A stretch of DNA of 64,000 nt from Utricularia gibba (lineage: Eukaryota; Plantae; Magnoliophyta), in contig NEEC01000012.1 of NCBI GenBank assembly GCA_002189035.1, positions 930,001 through 994,000 on the forward strand, given 5' to 3'. A program made the position numbers and the translations under genes. The notes under the pieces are model-generated. The model ran no database searches and was not told the origin of the DNA. It was given only the letters and a program-made list of their open reading frames with translations. The first letter of the stretch is position 1; each line of letters starts with the position of its first letter. Positions 24,554-37,605 of this stretch are shown here, in pieces.

Positions 24554-26777
24554 AAATTTACTATTTTACCGTTGTACTACGGAGAAAACCATATAATGAT
24601 ACAGGGTGGGGAAAAAATTGAGGTTTCGTCTTCAGATTTGCGTTTTTCGAGAAACTGCCTTCAAACTTAACTCTAGACGTTCTTTTTTTGCACTAGTTTG
24701 TAAACACCTCTGGTCGGGCTTTGTATCTTGATGCTGATGTGTCCAGGAATCCCAAATCGTCCAAGGTAAATTAGGAATTTTTTTGGTATTGCAAGTCAGG
24801 TTAACGTCGAATTAATATACCTAATGAACCTTAAAAATTAATTTGCCTCTCTTGTTGGTGGCTGCATGAGTGAGTTGCCTGTGTCATAAGTATGGAATTA
24901 GAAACATATCTCACTTTCTAAACATATTGGTAATCTACCTTAAATTTACTCAGATATTGGTAAAATTTATTTACAAATTAATTTTATATTACATTTAGTA
25001 ATGTTAATAAACACATTATATTATATTTTTTTAAAAAAATATTATTTAAATTTCAATAAAAATAACTTATGATTTTAATTAACAATATTTCATTCTTCAA
25101 TTTCAAAAAATATATTTTTAAATTTTATTTTTCTCTAAATTGGAATGCTTCAAACATATATTACAAAAAAATGTTAATACAATTTTATATCCATTTTAAA
25201 CATACAAAATGAAATATTCTGTCTATTGATTGGTATTTAATGAACTAATTGAAATCTTACATAGTTGAGTTTATTTTTATGTTAATATTTTTTAATAAGA
25301 TTAATTTTTTTACTATAAAAAACATGAAAAATTATCTTGATTGATTAAGCATTTATTAATATCACGAATTTTTAAATTTTTACCAATATATATTTATAAA
25401 TATTATTTCGATAAAAAAACATATTTCGAAATTTGAGAAAGAAATATATATCTTTTGTTGTTTAAAAATATGAGAATTATTTAAAATTAAAATACGCATT
25501 TTTATTGAAACTTAAATGATGAATTTTAATAAATAAAAATACATTTTAATATGTTTATTTAAAATTATCAAATGTTGAAAATGGAGGTATGTTGTAAAAG
25601 AGTAAATGAATGCATAGATGTATCACTAATGAATTTAAAATTTCAGATATTTTATCAATGAATTTAAAAATGATAGACAATTTTCTAATTTTTTCCGCTC
25701 CCTTGATAATGTGCCAGTGTCATAATATTTACATTTGGAAAATACCTTAGTTTTGAAACGAATTGGTTATTTGCCTCAACTTTTATTTATGTATTTTTCA
25801 AGAACCTTAAAGTTTGAAATAATTTACAAATCAATTACAAATTACATAATATTTGTATAAACATATTAATATTATATCCTTTTAATTAAAATGCATAATT
25901 GAAAATCAATAAAGATAATATATTACTTTAAATAAATTTAATATATACTTTTATATTTTTTTTCTAAAACAGTACAAAATATGTTTTCGTCATTAAATTT
26001 TAAAAATGGTAATTTAAATTATTTACATTTTTTAAAATTGATGATTTTTTAAACATGTATTAAAAATTTAAAATTTATGTTACTTTAATTTCAGTAATAG
26101 TATATAGAATTTATATATAGTTATCATAATAAATTAGTTTTCGTATGATACAATAAAAAAATATTTTGTGCTTCATATTTATTTAAATTTTACATTCATA
26201 TATGCAAAATTCAGCAGATATTACATAAATTTTGAGACTTTTCAATTCTTTGGTGAAGTGTCTGAATTTTGTATATTATTAGCGCATCTAAGTTTTGTAA
26301 AGATATTTTAAAATATAGATAGATATATAGATGTATTTATACGTTGAATTTAAGTATGAAATTTGAAATACATGTTATATATTGTCGTGTTAAAAATATT
26401 TTCCAATTTATTTAAAATAAAAATTTTATTTTTATCTAACCTCAAATGATGAATTTTATAAATAAAACACATATTAATATGTTTATAAAAAAATATAAAT
26501 ACAGTTTGATGTTAATTTGTGATCATGTTCAAAATTCAGATAATTTTCAAATGAATAAATGTAAGTATAAGTATATAACCAATAGTTTTGCCAAAACTTT
26601 TGGCAATGTCGAGTATTTTGCAAATTTCCATCCATGGTTTGTTTGTAAATTCTAAGTCTGCATGTTCTTTTGTTTTCTTTTTCCTTGTTGCAGGTGAGTG
26701 GGATGCAAATCGGGAGTTTATTAATTCTCAACTTATTGGTGATTCTCTTTTGTGCATACTTGATGTATTTCTATTGA
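24554..26777 (+). pseudogene. Orphan 3' gene fragment: exons 24554-24622, 24697-24765, 26694-26777, encoding 73 aa that end in a hydrophobic membrane anchor
   Basis: All three exons are phase 0 with GT-AG junctions, a branch-like CTAAT and a strong polypyrimidine tract. Spliced: KFTILPLYYGENHIMIQGGEKIE-FVNTSGRALYLDADVSRNPKSSK-VSGMQIGSLLILNLLVILFCAYLMYFY*. Family not recognised. Confidence 0.5.
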
Positions 26778-27480
26778 CTCTATCCTGATTTGGGTTTTCC
26801 GACATCCTACATTTACATCCATCAGTATCCTTCGGATAGGATTTCAATGGTGGTCCACTGAGCCACCTTGTCATCACTTGTGGTAATAAATCCGTGAAGA
26901 GGTTGGATTTGGACCTAAGGGCACGTTTCGCTCGTGGTATAAGGAGAGATAATTAAAACTGTTATCCAATGTTTGGTTGCAAATACGGGATTAGTTATCT
27001 ATTATACTATAGATGCCCTTTGAATTTTTGCAGAAAATCCAATTCTCAAGGGTTTCACTTCTTCATCATCAACGCACATAATCACTAAAATTCCTAGACC
27101 GAAGAACGTCTCAAGATTCAAGGAATTGCAATTCCTATGTCAACATCAATTTGAAGGTATGTTTATGTTGCTTCATTAATTATTTTGTTTTTCTGTTTTG
27201 GGCTCTTCAACACCAATGTATTTTTTTGTGCACTTGAATCATGAGATTTTGTCTATTTTGATCGTTAGGTGTGTTTAGTGAGTTGAGTGAATGTAGCTTC
27301 GCCACTACCTTGCATCTTCTCGTCATTGGGTTCATTAAGCACAATTCCTACACTGCCGCAACCATGAACTCGGTCTGATGCTTCAAATTTTTATTGTCTT
27401 ATTTCATGTTTCATTTTTATGGCTACTGCATTCACTTGTATGTATGGTGATAATATCGATCAATCTGTTTTTTGTTGTGT

Positions 27481-29560
27481 TGATAAACGAAAAATATGCA
27501 ATGTCGTTAAATTACAAATTTTCCTATCAAATATATTAAAACATATTACAATTATGAGCATAGTATTTAGGATCGAACACGAAGAGTAAATGCTTTTCAT
27601 ATGATTATCAATACATGCAATCAATGTCACGTTGATAAATTTGGTCTTAACTAGAACTAAGGTAAATTTATGAAGAAATATAATAAAGGAAAGTAACAAA
27701 CTTTTGAACTCGGTTGTACCTAAGATGAAACGAGTGATGCCCTTGGACTCCTAGGTCTACCCAAACCTTTGTTTTACCCTAATTTTTGGATAACTGATCA
27801 ACGAAAAATTATGCAATGTCGTTAAATGCAAATTTTCCTATCAAATAAATTTATAACCTAACCCACATTCAAGCATAAAACAATTATGAGCATAGTGATT
27901 AGGATCGAACACGAAAAACAAGTGCTTGTCTAGTGATTAGCCAAAGCATGAAATCAGTGTCACGTTGGTAAATTGGTCTTAACTAGGACTAAAGCAGGAC
28001 TTTAACGAAATACAGTAAAGAAAAGTAATAAGTTTGGATTCGATAGTTTCTGGAATGGAATAGGTATGTCTTGAAACTCCTAGGAGATGTATGCCTATCA
28101 CTAAACAAGCTCACATAAATAAAAAATCATACAACTAACTCACAAGATCTAGGTCTACCCGGATTCTTATTTTTCCCCCTAATCTTTGGTCTACCTTTAA
28201 TTAGGGTTGTTAGTTGGGTTTCACTACCTCCCCCTTCTGGATCTATCTGGTTTGCTAAGGAAATAGTGTGACTTATGATTTATTAGGTCTAAAAATAGAT
28301 TAACATATTTTTCCCTTCTTCACCCCAAGGCACCCCCCTCTAAATGCTTAGCTACTCATGGCAATGGAAAGTAAAACATCTTCATAGTAGATACTAAGCA
28401 ACATCCTAGCTACAAATGCTTAACAACGGCGAGCAATATAAAGCAGAAGTTGGAAAGACACTTTGTTCACACAGTAAATCCAAATTTAATCTTAGCTATG
28501 AACAATAAGCATCAAAAACTAAATTAAATCTTTAAAGAGAAGTTGTGTTCTTCTGGTTCGTCACTTCCTTTCCTCTTCTATCCTAGAAAATATCTCCAAA
28601 AACTAGCTCATGAGTCTTCAAGGGGAGATCTGCCTTCTCTCCCCACCTTTCCTCCATTTTTATCCAAAATCTCGTCTTTTTCACTTTCTTGGACTTTGTG
28701 TGTACTCTTTTTCATACTTCTATCACCTTCTCTACCACCACACTGTTCATACTCGGCTCCTTGGGATTTGTGTTGCGACTTATGCTGTATTGCTCGAAAG
28801 GAACTGTTAGAAGGTTGGGACTAAATCGCAGATTTAGTTCCAACTAAGACTAAAAGTGCACTCCTACGGTACTTATGTGCAAAAATATAGAAACAAGCAA
28901 TTAAGCTTAATTTTTGTAGTACAAAATGAGTAAATTCCATGCATTGAGCCACTCAAAAATATGTGTTATCTATAACCTCTAATTAGAGTTGTTAAGATAA
29001 ATATTACTCATTCTCTCTCCTGGATCTATCTTGATTTGATAAGGAAATAGTGTGATCTATAGTTAACAAGATTAAATGATTGATAAGTACATTACACCCC
29101 TTTGACACCAAGGAATCCCTCTAATTTCTTAGCCACTCATCATAAGGGAAAAGAAAGCATTTTCCTAACATATCTTAAGCGACATTTGGATCTGAAAGTT
29201 AAACGACAACATAAGATGCATAACAGAACATAAATAGCAAAATTGTTCATGTAAGAAAACTAGAACTAGTCTCAACTAGGAACAGTGTTCTTCAAGAATA
29301 GAAGAAATCTTCAAAGGAGAGCTTGGATCATGGTTTCATTTTCTTCATCTTCCATGGTTCTGATACTCCCTCCTTGCAGATTTCTCTTCCATAAAAATGT
29401 TTTTCACGTTCTTCAATGGGAAGATATTTTCTCTTTCCTCATTGTTTTAAAAATCCTTTTCTCCTCTTTCGTGGGATCTGATTGCACTTCCTTCAGCTTT
29501 TCGTTCATATCCTATGCAATTTCACTATGCTCTTTTCGACTCCTAGGGAATTGAGTTAAT
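27481..29560 (-). mobile_element. Outer LTR of the 3481-4650 family (truncated), split by a nested same-family solo LTR
   Basis: Begins tgataaacgaaaaat, the reverse complement of the LTR end. It breaks at 27794 and resumes at 28972. Confidence 0.7.
27795..28971 (-). mobile_element. Solo LTR (1177 bp) with TSD ATAAC nested in a same-family LTR
   Basis: Runs tgatcaacgaaaaatt ... aaaatatgtgttatct. ATAAC lies at 27790-27794 and 28972-28976. Confidence 0.85.
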
Positions 29561-29719
29561 CGACAATTGCTGCATTGCACCATGAAACAATTAAAACTGA
29601 GGTTGGGACAGTCTCAGAGGCTCTTGAATGCTGGTCGAATTTCTCATGTGCTAGTAGAGAAAAACGCTTTCTTGTGGATCAGTTTCAGAGAGCACGAAGA
29701 CCTTGAAGCAGATCTCAAG

Positions 29720-30800
29720 ATCTAAGTCTTTTATGATAAATATTTTGTGACATATCAAATCATATATCTATAAATATCTTATCTTGTAGAGATATGTATA
29801 TGTTCCAAATCATATCTATATGAGATCTTTTATTTTGATTTTAATCAATATTAATTCCAAAATAGTTCTCTATTCAATTTATCCACTTTACCAATTACAT
29901 CTCATGTAATTGTGTCATTCTATTTTATATCGATGAGTGACTCTACTATTGTGTGTGACCCTATAGACTTCTTCAATCAAAGCCGTAATAATGGATTTAT
30001 TAATTAACTCTTAATTAATTAAATCCATCATTATTGATCATGAGTGATATTTAGCAACATATCATGACCCCCAAAATTAAAGAATAATCAGGTGAACTGA
30101 TTGAGCCTTTCCATGATCAGCCACCATCCAAGGAACAGTTTTCATTATACTTATATCTCATTCGATATTAGAACATGGGTGTGTGTCTTTCTGATGTATC
30201 GAACTTATGATTACATTCAAACACTAATACTCAATGACCTACTCAAACAATTCGAATGTCATTACCCTGGGCCCAGGACTTACTATTAGGCTTTGATGCA
30301 ATTACTTGAGATATGATCTCATCACTAACATGAGTGATGAATCCTTTATTGATCAATAAATTATCTCCAATCTTAAGGAGTCACATCCCTACTCATCCAT
30401 ACTAGACAATCCATGGTTAGGCTCCCATTAGTAATGAACGAAAATGTGAGCTTAAGATCAAGATAACTTTGTTCACCTCAAGTCTAAGCTTACTTGCACG
30501 GCTGTCACATTCGAGATCTTGCTACTGACTCTTGGTTAGCTTCTCATTGTAGCATCTCGAAGATGAGTCATCTAGTGAATTGATTCTCTAATAGACACCT
30601 ACACATAGGTTTTAGTAATCTCATTAAATCAATTGTGAGAACCATTGCTTAAACAGTTTAGGGAGCTCAATGTGTGCCAACTTATCCGTATTTGTGATAT
30701 CCTCATTTCATAAATACTCTAGCCAGGGAGTTTTAACTTGATCATAAGTGCTTGAAGAATCTCACATTATGATTTCATCATAATTTCTATAGCACTTGAT
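29720..30800 (-). mobile_element. Angela-like copia LTR fragment
   Basis: Contains tgtgtgtgaccctatag and gagtcacatccctactc motifs. Its right part is an inverted copy of 16660-17098. The lineage call is tentative. Confidence 0.5.
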
Positions 30801-31439
30801 CATAAGTGCTTGGAAAATGCAGCATGGTTAGAGACAGGTATATTTAAACCCACCTCCTTAGATGGGTTTATATAAACCCATATGAGCGGGTTGCCGATAG
30901 GTTTAAGTAAACCTGCTAGGTAAATTTGTACCCGATAGGAACCTACATACCAAACAGACCTATTACATTAACCAACCTATAAACCTACTTAAACCCACGA
31001 AGCAAATGTGCCCTAGAGGATATGGAGGACATCTTTGAAGAGATCTAATCCTCTTTGGGAAAATTTTCATCCCACAAGAGCTTGCGAGTGGTATATTGGG
31101 AATGGATGGGGGACTAGCTGAGGTACTAAATGCAATGATTTGTGTGCATTGATTTCATTCAAGGGCACGAGGATGGCTCAAATGATGGGTTTCAATAGCA
31201 TGGGGTTGGGTGCAGACTTGTTCAAGGTGCACGAAAATCAAGCTCCAGGGAAGCTAGTGAAGTCAAGGAATGCAATGCTATTTAGGGGATTTTCACCAAA
31301 AGTCTAGGGCATAATGGATTGTCAAATACATTCAGAAGTTGCCATTGGAATGCTCAATGCCCATTGGATTTCTGCACTCGATGGTCAAAGAAATGGGTCG
31401 CAAAGCTTCTCCCTTGACAACGTGGTTGGTATTTAAGAG

Positions 31440-34400
31440 AGTTTACAAGTTTAGGAAGAGTAGATTAGTTGAGAGTCATGGGTCAGGGAGACTATAAAAC
31501 AAAGGTTATGCACAGTTGGTAAGCTTGCTTTTTGTTGTGAATGTTAGATACTATCAAGTTCTTGGATTTTGAGTGGGTAATAGGCCCTCATTTCAATGAA
31601 GGATAAATAACAATAGTTAAGAACAGAGTTTAATGAAGTTTTAACAAAAGGAAAAGCAAAGAAAACAAGGCATGTATTAGGAGATGTCCTCCAAGCATTG
31701 CTCCTCAAGCCTCTTGGATCTATTCTAAGCTCTACTCCAACAAACCATTTGCGATAGGGTGCATTCCCTTAATTGATAGCAATTGGGTTGGGCTTGCTAT
31801 TCCTATGATAAGTAGACTTAGTCCAAGGATGGAGGTCCATATCCTCGGCACTTCAAATGTAGAGCAGTGGCTTCCACACAGGATCGGAAAGAGTTAAAAG
31901 ATACTAAGATATGCTCGCAAGTGGCCTCTTGGATGAGGTATCCTCTCCACTGCACCAAGAGTGAGATATGGGAACCTTGGTGTTGAGCATCAAGGATGGC
32001 TTCTAGGAAAAATACATCAGGGGTGTCTATAAGAGGTGAGTCTCAAGGAGGTGTACTTGAATACCTTTTCAACAAGGAAACATGGGAAACAAGATGAATG
32101 CGACTGGTCAATGGTAACTTAAGCTGATAGGCAATCGCACCGAATTTCTCCACTTGGAAAGAGCCATGGAAGCGAGGTCCAAGCTTGGGTGAGGCTTGCT
32201 CTCTGATGGACACTTGACATAGATGGCGATGGCGGAGCAAGACCCAGCCACCAAGCATGAAGGTGATAGCATGGTGATGTTGATCATTCACTCTTGGGGT
32301 GCTTTATGATGGTCTCATAGGGTGGTTAGGATGTTGGATCTCATGTGTAGCAACATATCTAATTCAATAGAAGTGTCTTGTGCAGGGTGACTGAGAACAC
32401 ATATTTTTGAGTATTAAAGGATAGGAAAATAATTGATATTTTGCTATAAAACTCAAATTCTATTTTGTATTTCTTTATTGTTGTGATTTGTTGCATTGTT
32501 GCGTCTTTTATTACTAATTAGGACTAAATATAGATTTAGTCTCAATCGTAGTTCTAATCATTTTCTTGAAAAATGCAGCATGTTTTAGTAGCTCAAATCC
32601 CAAGAAGCTGAAAGTGTATAGTGGAGATGGCATAGAAATGAGGACAAAAGCTGAAAATAGAAAATACCAAATTCCAAGGTGGAAGAAAAAGAAGATTTTG
32701 AGAATGATGAAGGGAGAGAAAAAAAATATCTCTCCATTAGAGAATATGGCACATAATTCTTGGGAGAGAATTGGAGAAAAATCGCAAGAACCATGAAGAA
32801 GAAGAAGGGAGATGAAGAAGAAAAACTCAACTACACTTGAAGATTTTCTTTTCAGGAATACTACTCCTAGCTTGGAGTAGTTTTACGTTTTATTTTATGT
32901 TTATATTTTTGCTTCTTTCCTTGTTGATGCATTGCGACATAAACATGTTTTGGTTTCTATGTTATGAATGTGTTTCATTTTACTTTAGCATGTGTGACTA
33001 AATATGCATAATGCCTTAGGGTAGAAAGGATTGTATTTGATTGTTACTTGTTAGACTACATTAATTCGATAATCAGACCATATCCTTATCAAATGAGGGT
33101 AGACCCAGGAGGAGGAAGTGGTTATGTTCATCATAAACAACCTAACTAGTGGTAGATCAAAATTTTGGAAAATCAAAGATTTGGGTAGACTTGAATCCTT
33201 GTATTATTAGATGAATGATAATAAAATTGGGTGGTTAAGTTTATTAATGGTCATGTCAGTCCTAGAAGCCTCAAGGAATTGCATTACCTTATTTTAATTA
33301 GAAGTCGAATCTGTCTGTTCTTTGTTACTGCATTTGCAATTTTAACGACATTTTCAAAATTTTTGTTTATTAGTGACACTCTCGAATAGTTGAGGAAGGT
33401 CTTCCATAAATGTCTTCAAATGGTGACATGCGAATCAAGGAGTAGTAGTGGGAGTTATATGCACACTGTACCCAAGATAACCAAGAGCACTAATCATGTG
33501 GGTGATTGCTAGACAAAGCTTGAAGATACGACTCAAGAATACAGTTAGTGACCTTGCTTTCACCGTCTGTCTACAGGTGGCATGCCAAACTACACAAGAG
33601 CTGAGTACCACTAAGCTGGAAGAGTCCCTACCAGAACCAACTATTGAAGATAGGGTCATGATCACTAATGATGTCTTGAGGAAGATCATGTAGTTTGAAA
33701 ACATTGTCAAAGAAAGCCTTGGTGGCTTTCTTTGCTATGAGAGCCTGTTTCATGGTAATAAAATGAGCATATTTTGAGAGTCTATTGATCACCTTGATAA
33801 CTACAAAAAAACCTTAAGATTGCAGTACGGAAAACATGAAATCCGTAGATAAACTTGACAAGATTGCAGAGGGAATATGAAGGAGTTGTTGGATATCATA
33901 TGGCTATAAGGTTTCTACCTTATTCCTTTGGCAGTTGGTGCACGTTTTGATAACCTCAATCATGGCTCTCTTCAAGCCATACCAATAATAATCCAATTTG
34001 AGCCTCTAAAGCATTTTATCAATGCCTTTATCATATGAATTGTGCGTCTAGAACACTGAGGTGGGAATTGATTTCGATCAATGAGGCAACGCAACTCATC
34101 GCTTGAAACATAAGATGCCATTAGCTAGCTCCCAATGGGGCACCTTCTGAAAATGCATATTTTTTTTTTCTTCTCAAGCCATCTACAGAGCATTTGGAAT
34201 GATGAACAAAAGTCAGCAATAGAAGGCTCAAGAACTTCACACTTCCGAGAAAATGCATCAACAACATTGTTGGTTTTTACAACCTTGTACTCTATTGTGA
34301 AAGAGTATCCCATGAGCTTGGCTACCCAATGTTACTGTGGTAGTGTATGCAACTGATGAACAAGAAGATACTTCTAAGGACAATGATCAGTTCGCCCAAT

Positions 34401-36360
34401 AAACATTGTCCCCAAGAGATATGATCACAAGTGGTGGACTGCTTTTGCAAGGCCAATGAGTTTCTTCTCGCAGGCCAGCAACCAGTATTTGCTTTTAGTT
34501 AGTGATTGGCTCAAATAGGATATAGGATTGTCATCTTGCATCAAGACAGCCCCTAGTCCAGTATTGGATGCACCACACTCAATAATGAACAGCCAATTAA
34601 AATCAGGAAGTGTTAGGATAGGTGTTGTAACAAGAAGCTCCTTTAACCATCAGAAGGCTCGAGTTGCCTTAGAATTCTATATGAAATTGCTTTTGCATAA
34701 TAGCACTGTGAGGGGAGTAGTTACTAAACCCATAGTCTTTGATGAAGTGATGATAGTCGCTAGCCAAACTGAGGAATGATTTTAGTTTGGTCGTGTCATG
34801 GGGGATCATCCATGATCTAACCGTTTCTAGCTTAGAGGGATCTATCTCAATACCTCTTGCAAATACAATGTGTCCCAAATATTTAACCTCACACTTCTAG
34901 AAAGTACACTTGAAGCATTTAAGATAAAGCTGGCTTTCTTTCAGCCATTGAAATACCCTCTCTAGGTGTATGAGGTGCTCTAAAAAAGTTGGATTGTACA
35001 CAAGGATATCATCGAAGTAGACTAGGAAAAAGTTCCTCATTATGTTATAGAACACTTCATTCATTAGCCACTATAAGGTGGAGGGTACGCTAGCCAACCC
35101 ATATGGCATCATGACGTACTCAAAGTGTCCAGCATGGGTGCAAATGACTCATAAGAGGTCAAGTTTTACAATAATGGAGATAGGGAATTTTACAGGGACA
35201 GTAAAAAGGACAAGATGAAGGTTTGATAACTCCCTTTAAAAGCATTTGCTGGCGATAATTTTCAATTTCTAGTTTCATATGATAGGCAGCCTGGTAAGAT
35301 CTCAGGGCCATTAGTGAGGCCGCCCAGATTCAATGAGGATCTAATGATCACAAGCATGTGAAGGGGGCAGTGTCTTTCGTTCTTGGAAAGTATGATCATA
35401 CTATTATACTAACTCAGTGATGATAGTTAGTGAGAAACAAGATGGCGTGGGGAGATTCTACTGAATACCAATAACGGTATACTTCTTTCCTCTCCGTTCA
35501 AATGTCATCTACTTTCTGTGGAAGTTTAAGGTCACGTCTCCAAGTTTCATCAGCCACTTACTGCCAAGAATAATATCATAATGTAATTTATCAATGGCTG
35601 TGAAATTCTCCTAATAAAAGGTTGACGTCTTCCACTCCCTCAAAGGAGGTGATTTTGATTTCCTCAATAGCCAGCCAAATAGAACATCTTGTTCGAGGTA
35701 GGATGTTAAGGTCTAGGCTTGGAAGCAGTTTCTCGCTTGATGAAGTTGTGGGTGTTGCTCGTATCCATAAGGACAAAAACCATATGGTTAGCAATATTTC
35801 CCACAACAACTAGCTACTCAGGTTCATCAAAGCCTATTCGGGGACTAATAACTACATTTATAGATAACAAAGGCTCTTCCTCACCCCTTTTGGCATCCGC
35901 AAGAGGCTCACCATGTACCAGGTTGGTATTGTTTATCATAGTGAAAGCATAAATTGAGTCTTTGACATTCATCGACTTCTTTGCTCGACATCTTCCTAGC
36001 TTGTAGTTCAAGGATAGGGGCAGCTTGAAAGGATGATTTCTTGACAGGTTTCTAAATAGCCTATGATTGGACCTAGATGCCTCAAGCTAGTGCCATAGCT
36101 TCATTGAGAGATGTGGGTTTCAAGCATCCCCGTTCTCTACATAAAGGTTCCATAAGGCCATGAATAAAAATAGAGGGGTTCGAGCGAGTGGTGAGTCCAT
36201 TAAGCCGCAATGATCTCCATCTTTGCCAACATGTTAGTCATTAGAGCTTGCAAAAGTGATGAGCTTTCTTCAACATGGGTTTCTAGGTCATTCAAGTGTC
36301 CACCTAGTCGTCAAATGATGGTTTCCTCATCAGAAACGTTAACACCATCGTGTGTGTATG
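31440..36360 (-). mobile_element. Degenerate chromovirus-type Ty3/gypsy element (gag, protease, RT, RNase H, integrase, chromodomain-like)
   Basis: LKPTSLNEAMAL (gag, ~36085-36130). MGHIVFARGIEIDPSKLETVRSW (RT-RH). KLGPRFHGSFQVEKFGAIAYQLKLPLTSRIHLVSHVSLLK (integrase C-terminus). WRGYLIQEATCE (chromodomain-like, ~31920-31955). Confidence 0.8.
32392..33372 (+). mobile_element. Solo LTR (981 bp) of the 3481-4650 family with TSD GTGAC
   Basis: Runs tgagaacacatattttt ... ttttgtttatta. GTGAC lies at 32387-32391 and 33373-33377. Confidence 0.85.
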
Positions 36361-37605
36361 TGTTGAAATATTTCAATGATTTAATTATTTGAAAAGGAAT
36401 TAAGGGAAAAATAATTACTCTAAGACTTCACTTAGTCTTAGGCTATTACAACCGAACTCCTAGTCTTGCATGAGACTAGGTAAAAATGGACATGAATGAG
36501 TTCCCTAATTTTACGAAAGTAGTTGCATCTTATATAGTTGTTCTTGCTCTATAAAAGATAGTCTCTCCTTTCATAATGAACCACCTGAATCTTATGGGTA
36601 GGTGATTTTCTGAGTGGTCAAAAATACCTTTAGAACTTTGAATTACAAAGCCTATGGTTTCTTGATTCTCTTGCTCTTACTCTTTTGTGTGTTCTTGTTC
36701 ATTCTAGCCTACAATCTGAAGGTATTCCCCATGGCTTTTGATTCTATTATTCTTTCAAGCAATCCTACTTCTGATTCTATGCCTTTAGTCACCCTTTCTA
36801 GACCATCATTACCGATCGTACATGTATGCCTTTTGCTAAATATGCCTACTATTGTTTCAACGAATTTGCCATCAATGGTAGTTGTTTACAACCAACAGCA
36901 GATCACTGCTAGATTCCACTCCAATGGTAGGTGTCATTTCTAGATTCAAGCACTTCAATCTGAATGCAACACAACCCATCACAAAGACATTTCCAGATAT
37001 CTCCAAGATTGAACCATTCAACAGTAAACACTTTCGTAAGAGGCAAGATCGGATATATGAACTCTTGTAACACTGTTGAGGGCAAAAATTGGCATTCGAG
37101 GTGGAGCTGATTTTCGGGTTACTGGTGCAGCCAGAAATACTGCACCTATTCGTGCTTCTTTCGTTCGATTGGACCAGCAAGAAATAATAGTGAGTAGAGA
37201 TTTTTACGTCGAAATTGTCGAAGGACCAAAAAACCACGGAGCTATCGGAGCTCGCCGGAGAGAGTCTTTACTAGATGGTGGTGGTCAGGAAAGAGTACAG
37301 GTTGGGGGGAGAGACTTGGAGTCGAACCCCTTTCTATTCAAAATTTTTCTTACTTATAGAAAAGGTCGAACTGACCGGCCCCTTTCATTCGTGCTCCGTC
37401 ATGTTCACCTCCGTGTTACTCATCAGAAACCACAAGTCCTTCAAGTATCCGTATTTTCTCTGCATCTTTCTCACATTCCTGGGTTAGTTCTATGTTTCGC
37501 TAGATTTTTGAAATCCTCTTCTTGGCATCCTAATCCCTCCACGGGTTTCTGCTCTTCATTTGTCCTCTTTGCAACTTCCTCCATCTTTCAATACTAGAAA
37601 ACGAA

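Noticed and set aside
24900-26640. Very AT-rich stretch, possible Helitron
   Set aside because: No 5' TC or 3' hairpin-CTRR terminus was found; treated as intron of the orphan fragment.
37076-37597. 173-aa + strand ORF; also 45502-45975 and 62745-63119
   Set aside because: They lie in Tat LTR/leader sequence and are not conserved in frame between the copies.
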